64,000 nucleotides of DNA from Eledone cirrhosa (lineage: Eukaryota): positions 8,618,001 to 8,682,000 of the forward strand of contig OZ024751.1 of the NCBI GenBank assembly GCA_964016885.1, written 5' to 3'. Numbering within the stretch: position 1 is the first letter of the stretch; every line of letters begins with the position of its first letter. Made by a program: the position numbers and the translations under genes. This document shows positions 54,348 through 64,000 of the stretch, in pieces. The notes below the pieces were generated by a model. The model did no database searches, had not been told where the DNA came from, and saw only the letters and a list, made by a program, of their open reading frames with translations.

Positions 54348-54393
<46 letters not shown>

Positions 54394-54563
54394 TATATAT
54401 ATTTATATTTATATATATATATATATTTTTATATATATATATTTATATATATATATATATATATCATATATATATATATATATAATATTTATATATATAT
54501 ATATACTATTTATATATATATATATATATTATATATATATATATATACATATATATATTAATT

Positions 54564-54597
<34 letters not shown>

Positions 54598-54726
54598 TAT
54601 ATATATATAATATTTTTTATATATATTTATATATATATATATTTTATATATATATATTTATATATATATATATATATTTATATATATTTATATATTTATA
54701 TATATGTATATATATTTATATATATA

Positions 54727-54771
<45 letters not shown>

Positions 54772-54797
54772 ATATATTTATATATATAATATATATT

Positions 54798-54828
<31 letters not shown>

Positions 54829-54855
54829 GTATATTTTAATATATATATATTTATA

Positions 54856-54939
<84 letters not shown>

Positions 54940-55129
54940 TATATATATATATTTTTATATATATATATATTTTTATATATATATATTTTTATATATATAT
55001 ATTTATATATATGTATATATATATTTATATATATATATATTTATATATATATATATTTATATATATATATATTTTTATATATATATATTTATATATATAT
55101 ATATTTTTTTATATATATATATTTATATA

Positions 55130-55253
<124 letters not shown>

Positions 55254-55273
55254 TATATATATATATATATATA

Positions 55274-55338
<65 letters not shown>

Positions 55339-55527
55339 GTATATATATATTTATATATATATTTATATATATCTACATCTATATATCTATATATATAAGT
55401 ATATATATATATGTATGTGTGTGTGTATATATATATTTATATATATATATATTTATATATATCTACATCTATATATCTATATACATAAGTATATATATAT
55501 ATGTATGTGTGTGTGTATATATATATG

Positions 55528-55558
<31 letters not shown>

Positions 55559-56454
55559 GTGTGTGTATATATATACATACATATATAGACCCTCACCAAA
55601 TATAAAAATATATATATATTATTTCCTGTACAAATATCCATAAAAATGTTCAAATATTAATTTGATGATGTCTTGATGTATTCGAGTTTCATTCGTCGTA
55701 CATAAATGTAACCATGGCTTCGAAGTTTCGACAGTGAGCCTTCTTCAAATATTTTTTGTTTTATTGACATCATGTCGTTGTGGGTGGTGATATGTTTCAT
55801 TATTTTGAAAGCTTTTAACTTCTTGATAAAAAGAGGTGAAGTGTAACTTTTGTAACTATAACAATTCTTACCGCCCTACTTGCAATTAAAGACAGAAATA
55901 TTTCTGAATATTACAGCAAATAACCAGTTCAAAATAATCATACAGCCACATTTGCAACCATATAATATATATATATATATACGCTTCTTCCTTGTTCCAC
56001 CCTAAATGTTGTAGTCATCCTCGTGCACGGCCATATGCAGAGATATTAAAAGAGTTATTTTTGCGCTGTCCCATAATTTGAATTCTCTTGACATCAAGGG
56101 TTAAAATAAGTTCGATATACATGACTATAAAACTTTCCTAACTTTAGTGATTATATTACACAAAATATGTTGAATATTCATCTTCCTATACATTCGTCTG
56201 TTTGTCCATAATCTTTGTAATCTATTATTACTGGAAGATATTCGTTTACTCGAATTGCAATTACGAAAAAGAAGACTAATAATACACACAGGCGCCATAG
56301 GCGTTCATTTTATAAATATGGACTTTAAGCTGAAGGCTTCCTTACCACTAGAAATAAAATATAAAGTACATCATCCTTTATATTAAAAGTATAGATCGAC
56401 TTTCGTCAAATCGGAACGAAGAAACAATGTCTCCATTGGTCTTTCCAATTGCTA

Positions 56455-56603
56455 GTACTATCTATCGGTCGCAACTCCAGGTAGCAGGAGAAACGTGGAA
56501 TAAAGTGTCTTGCTGAAAGACATAACGCATCGCCCGGTCCAGGAATCTAACTCACAATCTCATGATTGCGAATCCAATTCTCTAACCCTCAGCCACACGC
56601 CTT
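56455..56603 (-). mobile_element. tRNA-derived SINE, 5' part
   Basis: Reverse strand reads aaggcgtgtggctgagggttag...ttagattcctggaccggg...cagcaagacactttattccacg. Confidence 0.75.
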
Positions 56604-57258
56604 CACTTTTTTTCATTAACTACATGTAAAAAGATATATCCCGATGCACGCGTATATATATGTACATACAAACACACACACACGCACATACAAATATAAA
56701 TGGGGATGTATTTTTTACATATAATTAATATAAAGGATGATGTACTCATTCGCAGAGACACTATAAAATAGTTTATAAATTGGTGAGAAGACACTCAAGA
56801 GACGGAATACAAGTTGGCCTCTGCCGCTATAAGGAAGTAGACCCTATATCACCCAGATACCGGCTAGGTGCATTGATCAAATAAGCTAAGGGACTGTGAC
56901 ATAACTTCACCGTAAATGTGTATAATAGAAATGTGAATACTTTCAGATCTCAGTACACAAACAGACACACATTCATAAAGAAGTTACTATAGAGCTCTTT
57001 TAAGCCCTATAAATATCGGAGTTAATATGAAATATATGCTTATGTGCAAAGATGGTATAAAAAAGCTTCTAAAATAGGATGAGCACCGTATTTTAAGTGA
57101 GTGTGTGTAGTGCACGACTGAAACCGCGGGTAACCACAGTTACAAAGTACTCAATGCATTAGTAGTGTAAACCTCATATTTAATATAGAAATGACATCTA
57201 CCTGACAAGAAGTATTTCATTCGTAGGAATGAAACAGTTCCAATCATCTAAAAGCCAG

Positions 57259-57343
<85 letters not shown>

Positions 57344-57358
57344 TGTATCTGAGTTAGG

Positions 57359-57391
<33 letters not shown>

Positions 57392-57559
57392 CTCAAACTC
57401 ATATACACCCAGATATACATATTTATGTATGTTTGTAAACGTACGGGCGTATGCGTATGCATGTATGATAATGTGTGGACGTTTGCTGCGACATCTTTAT
57501 GTTAACGTATAAGTGAGATTAGCATTGTATGTATATTATTGCATGTACTTTCCTAGAAA

Positions 57560-58200
57560 CAGATATTAAATGACCGAGCCACACGACCTTCTTGTTTTTA
57601 AAAACATAATCAATGCAGTAATATATGGGAAGACACCACTGTCAGACGCACTGTTTACTGATATGTAAACGCGGATATTTACTCATCTATGATCGATCGT
57701 AAGTAAGACAGCAGTTAAAAGATGAGGAAGTTTGCAATGTCTGAATGCTTGGATACGAGGATTGCAAAATGCATCCATCTTGTTTGTATATCCGAAATAT
57801 ATTTCTACAATTTATCATTACACAACAAATATAGAACGATGTTATTCCTGTAATATATCTCAGTTTCTGATAGCCACGTAGCTTTTGTTTTTCATTTCAA
57901 TAATGATTTTAATATTTTACCTTTTACGTCTGAATGAAATCAAATTTTCCGATCATTGTATGGGTTTCCTATCCGCAGTCGTTTGATAGCGTTTCATTTT
58001 TGTAAATTCTGGAGTAAGATTGCACGAAACCCATGGGTGTGATCGAGCCAATGTGGCATTTGATCATTCATGAATGTGGGACAAACGATTCTACAGGAAC
58101 TATCCTGTGGAAACATCCAAGCATATTTGACAGTAAATATTTAAAAAAATGCCGCTTCTTTCGACTCGTTTTAATAATGGATAAGTGTAAGAAGCACGAC
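57560..58200 (-). pseudogene. Decayed, internally deleted mariner transposase
   Basis: Reverse strand gives WVSCNLTPE (WVPHEL-like) near 58010-58036 and a degraded HPPYSPDLA..F.IF-like stretch near 57715-57770. Confidence 0.5.
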
Positions 58201-58680
58201 ATAATTAATTAGAAACAAAAGGTATATGTAAACGACATTGTTCGCTGCATATGTACAGCTAGAAACACATAATATAAAGTACATTGCTTCTGGTGAGGAA
58301 TTAACATAGGCGGTGACTTAGAGAAATGCATTGCGGCAAACTTGAAGAGAGGAAAACTAATTAAAACATTGAAACACTAATTTCCTGTCAGATAAAGAAA
58401 GGCAAATGAGAGAATTAGACCAAATACAACCTTATAAATATTTAGAAATTAATGAACTTGACAGAGTAAAACACACAAAAATGAAGAAGAAGATTAGGGA
58501 GTAACAAAAACTATAAACACAGATCAATACAGAAAACAGAACTAGATGCCAAAAAGAAGGAAGTAATATTGTAATCTTCTAGTAATATATTATAATTATA
58601 TTATTCTCAACTGCTGTATAAGTGAATTGGCAGGATATATGTATATATATTTATACATATATATATACACATATATATAA

Positions 58681-58774
<94 letters not shown>

Positions 58775-58950
58775 TTATATATATATATATATACTTATAT
58801 ATATATTTTACATATATATATATACATATATATATATTCATATATATATATAAATATATACATATATATATATATTCATATATACATATATATATATACA
58901 CACACATATATATATATATATATATTCATATATATATATATATATACCTA

Positions 58951-58984
<34 letters not shown>

Positions 58985-59021
58985 CATATATATAAATTAT
59001 ATTTTCATATATATATATATA

Positions 59022-59104
<83 letters not shown>

Positions 59105-59130
59105 GTATATATTTATATATATATATATAC

Positions 59131-59165
<35 letters not shown>

Positions 59166-59198
59166 AATATATGTATATATATATATATATATATAAAT

Positions 59199-59229
<31 letters not shown>

Positions 59230-59242
59230 CATATATATATTC

Positions 59243-59296
<54 letters not shown>

Positions 59297-59322
59297 TCAT
59301 ATATATAAATATATAAATATGT

Positions 59323-59400
<78 letters not shown>

Positions 59401-59449
59401 TCACATATATATATATATATATATATAAATATATATATATATTCTTATA

Positions 59450-59672
<223 letters not shown>

Positions 59673-59675
59673 TCT

Positions 59676-59732
<57 letters not shown>

Positions 59733-59793
59733 ATATATTCATATATATATATATATTCATATATATATATATATATATATTCATGTATATATA

Positions 59794-59838
59794 TTTCGTT
59801 TCCATTATTGGCAACATGACCCTCCCAAAGTATAACAA
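59794..59838. mobile_element. 45-bp A2 micro-insertion with 12-bp target duplication
   Basis: tttcgtttc (long end, -) + ttattggcaacatgaccctcccaaagtataacaa (short end, +); catgtatatata on both sides. Confidence 0.85.
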
Positions 59839-59854
59839 CATGTATATATATATA

Positions 59855-59934
<80 letters not shown>

Positions 59935-60413
59935 TATATATATATATTCATATATATATGTATATATATATATATATTCATATATATATGTATATATATA
60001 TATTCATATATATGTGTATATATATATATTCATATATATATGTATATATATATATATTCATATATATATATGTATATATATATATTCATATATATATGTA
60101 TATATATATATTCATATATATATTTATATATATATATATTCATATATATATTCATATATATATATATATATTCATATATATATGTATATATATATTTATA
60201 TTCATATATATGTGTATATATATATATTCATATATTTATGTATATATATATTCATATATATATGTATATATATATATATATTCATATATATATGTATATA
60301 TATATATATTCATATATATATGTATATATATATATTTTCATATATATATGTATATATATATATATTCATATATAAATGTATATATATGTATGTATATATA
60401 TATTCATATATAA

Positions 60414-60452
<39 letters not shown>

Positions 60453-60504
60453 TATATAAATGTATATATATGTATATATATATATATATATATTCATATA
60501 TAAA

Positions 60505-60537
<33 letters not shown>

Positions 60538-60553
60538 TCATATATATATATAA

Positions 60554-60587
<34 letters not shown>

Positions 60588-60636
60588 TCATATATATAAA
60601 TATATAAATATGTATATATATATATAAATATATATA

Positions 60637-62996
60637 GTATTAGTTATACTATTTATGGTTATGTAAATACAAAACCTTAAGCAGTTGTAAGTATTTTACA
60701 CACACTCTAAATAGTGGTAGGCAGTATTGTATTACTACCGTATTACCAGTAAGTTAAGTAGCTCAATGTAGATGATTTACAGAGCAGTTATATGAAATAT
60801 AAGAATCAAAGAACTGTTCAAAACATTATTGTGCTTACAGCTGTTTCCTCCAAACCGAGGTTTGGATTCTTCGGAGCAATTTATTAATGCATGGACAGTT
60901 ATATGACCTCCTTTTCAGCCGAGAGACATACCAATACCAAAATCCTATATCTACCACACAGACTTCCGCATTGCATTATAACCAGCGGACTAACGCACAG
61001 GATAATTGTAACTGTAGAGCTAATAGAACTTGCCCTTTACATAAAAAATGCCTAACCAAGGATGTCATATACTCATGCACCGTCACGACTAATAACTCTT
61101 CAGAAACCTGTGTAGGCTCCACTTCTAACTGCTTCAAAATCAGATATAATTCGCACATCCACTCGTTCAAAAAGCACAGCCTAGCCAACTCCACCTCACT
61201 TTCTAGCTACATACACTATCTAAAATCTAAAAATAAACCATACACACTCAAATGGGAAGTGATAGGAAGCGCGACCTCGTACAAACCACCTAATACATTC
61301 TGTAACCTCTGTATACTAGAGACACACAATATTATCTTCTCCAACCGTAACCTACTTAACAAAAAATCTGAGGTGTTTGCAACTTGCCAGCACCGCCTCA
61401 GACATTCCTTCCAAAACTTTAAGCCCAATATATAGCAATGTCGGACTGGAACCTAACACCACATCTAGCATCATACACCAGAGACATACCTTATACTACA
61501 TACCCAACACTAACTGATCCGTTATAACACAAACAATGACATCCCTCTGGAACCCTTCGCAGGGAGAATACCCATTTATACCTCTACGGCAGGTGTGACA
61601 ATATCCACGCACTTGAAAGGCACTACATCGCTCTAAGGGTAATTTGAGCATGAATTGTTCGGTTGGATAGTGTGGTGCAGAGGAAACACCTTCCTTAGAC
61701 AGATGTAACATGATTTAATCGAGTAGCGCTGTTGACCAGTAGGACCGGACTGCTGAGCGCAGTGAGTGAATGCATTCCAACTGCCGTGCGGGTTGTACGT
61801 ATATGGATGCTCTGACGGTCAGAGAGGGGTCGCGAGGACTGCGGATGGACCTTTGGCCGGCCTGGGGATAATTATCTTTCGACATCAAATGTAGCAAGCG
61901 ATGACCCAGATCTAACCAGAGATCATTGGGTCCTGAAGCAAGCCTGCAATCACCGCGCCTGGTCATATGAGCAGACTACAACCACAGAGATCATTAATTT
62001 AGAATCCTCGCTCATCATCTATAATTTCCATTTGTGGCACCTTAAGATGGGTTAATCAACCATAATAATATGATCACCTTCAGCATAACTTAATTAAACT
62101 ACTCTATAGTTAATACACTTTATGCTTTAAAAATCTCTCTTGGAAGATGCGCATCACCATGGAATTTAGGGTCTATATTGGGACACATTTTTATGGCTAG
62201 ATATAGAAACCCCAGAGTTACCTCCCCGCACGCATTAACTCCCCTTAGCCACACACACACTTCCGGGCGGTATTCAATGGCGTTTCTCGAAACGTAACAA
62301 CCTCCTGTATCGAACTAAAGAACACCAGACAACGATCTCTAACTGGATTGTCGTGGATTATGTGAAAGGCATATAATCGAAATATACACTCCCTTGACCA
62401 TGAAAATGCCGAAGTACATGAATTACTTGACATCCCTGCGCTGTGCATCTCCAATACTTATAACACTTTTAATGCTTGCACTATCTTTAATGCTTATAAT
62501 ATTTCTCCACACACAGACTATATCAATCATATAAAGAATTTGCCACCAGATCTACCAACCTAACACTCTTATTTACCTACCTAAGTGCCTCTACCACATA
62601 TCTCTCTGCCACACTATATAAACAAGACGCACATGCGTGCCACACATATAACATTTGCACTATATAACCGCTTATCTTCATGTTGTATTTTAACCTATAT
62701 TTATTTTTGATTTTTGATTGTACCTATTAATATAAATGTAATCTCGAAGTGTGTACTGCCACTCTAAATTCTGTAATGAATGTTGACCCACAATGTTTGT
62801 ATATATATCAATGTTTGAATATGTATTGGTATGTCTCTCGGCTGAAAAGGAGGTCATATAACTGTCCATGCATTAATAAATTGCTCCGAAGAATCCAAAC
62901 CTTGGTTTGGAGGAAACAGCTGTAAGCACAATAATGTTTTGAACAGTTCTTTGATTCTTATATTTCATATATTTCATATATTTCATATATTTCATA
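60637..62996 (+). mobile_element. PLE family C copy 2 with inverted long terminus (60637-60933)
   Basis: Inverted arm, GIY-YIG remnant, 1.5-kb 3' region, HHR, (TA)n flanks. Confidence 0.93.
60934..61435 (+). CDS. PLE GIY-YIG endonuclease domain, 5'-truncated (Nematis-like Cys pattern)
   Basis: CNCR...CPL..KCL..DVIYSCTV...VGST..FKIRYNSH...CNLCILE...LLNKKSE...CQH. Confidence 0.85.
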
Positions 62997-63001
62997 TAAA
63001 T

Positions 63002-63035
<34 letters not shown>

Positions 63036-63036
63036 T

Positions 63037-63078
<42 letters not shown>

Positions 63079-63090
63079 TATATATATATT

Positions 63091-63139
<49 letters not shown>

Positions 63140-63140
63140 T

Positions 63141-63173
<33 letters not shown>

Positions 63174-63898
63174 ATTTATATATATATATATATTCATATA
63201 TATATATATATTCATGTATATATATATATTCATATATATATATATATATATATATTCATATATATATATATTCATATATATATGTATATATATATATATT
63301 CATATATATATGTATATATATATATTTATATATGTATATATATATATTCATATATATGTGTATATATATATTCATATATATATGTATATATATATATATT
63401 CATATATATATGTATATATATATATTCATATATATATGTATATATATATATTCATATATATATTTATATATATATATATTCATATATATATTCATATATA
63501 TATATTCATATATATATGTATATATATATATTCATATATATGTGTATATATATATATTCATATATATGTGTATATATATATTCATATATATATGTATATA
63601 TATATATATTCATATATATATGTATATATATATATATATATTCATATATATATGTATATATATATATATATATTCATATATATATGTATATATATATATA
63701 TTCATATATATATGTATATATATATATATTCATATATATATGTATATATATATATATTCATATAAATATGTATATATATATATATTCATATATATATGTA
63801 TATATATATATATATTCATATATATATGTATATATATATATATTCATATATAAATGTATATATATGTATGTATATATATATTCATATATAAATGTATA

Positions 63899-63929
<31 letters not shown>

Positions 63930-63939
63930 TCATATATAA

Positions 63940-64000
<61 letters not shown>

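Overview
AT-rich eukaryotic repeat DNA. It is probably cephalopod (octopus-like), an inference from the tRNA-derived SINEs and the very long (TA)n tracts. I could not support any host protein-coding exon, and the many YIYIYI ORFs are (TA)n artefacts. The window holds Penelope-like retroelements (PLEs; RT plus GIY-YIG, four coding families: A (A1/A2), B, C and P), a decayed full-length Tigger/pogo transposon, MITEs, Helitron-type elements, SINEs, LINE 3' ends and a mariner relic. The main observation is a set of more than 10 mostly unrelated element families that all sit inside (TA)n tracts and share one design. (i) They carry a minimal type-I hammerhead ribozyme (HHR) motif with a palindromic helix III, including U3:A8 and CCGA core variants supported by covariation. 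(ii) They have two outward-facing 3' ends, one short and one with an extra tail. (iii) Several families are ORF-less 320-535-nt tandem monomers resembling retrozymes. One chimeric insertion, one 45-bp insertion with a 12-bp target duplication, and reciprocal filled/empty sites point to two-ended priming in (TA)n. Family letters (A-P) are my own labels. All pairings and coordinates were read by eye and may be off by a few bases.
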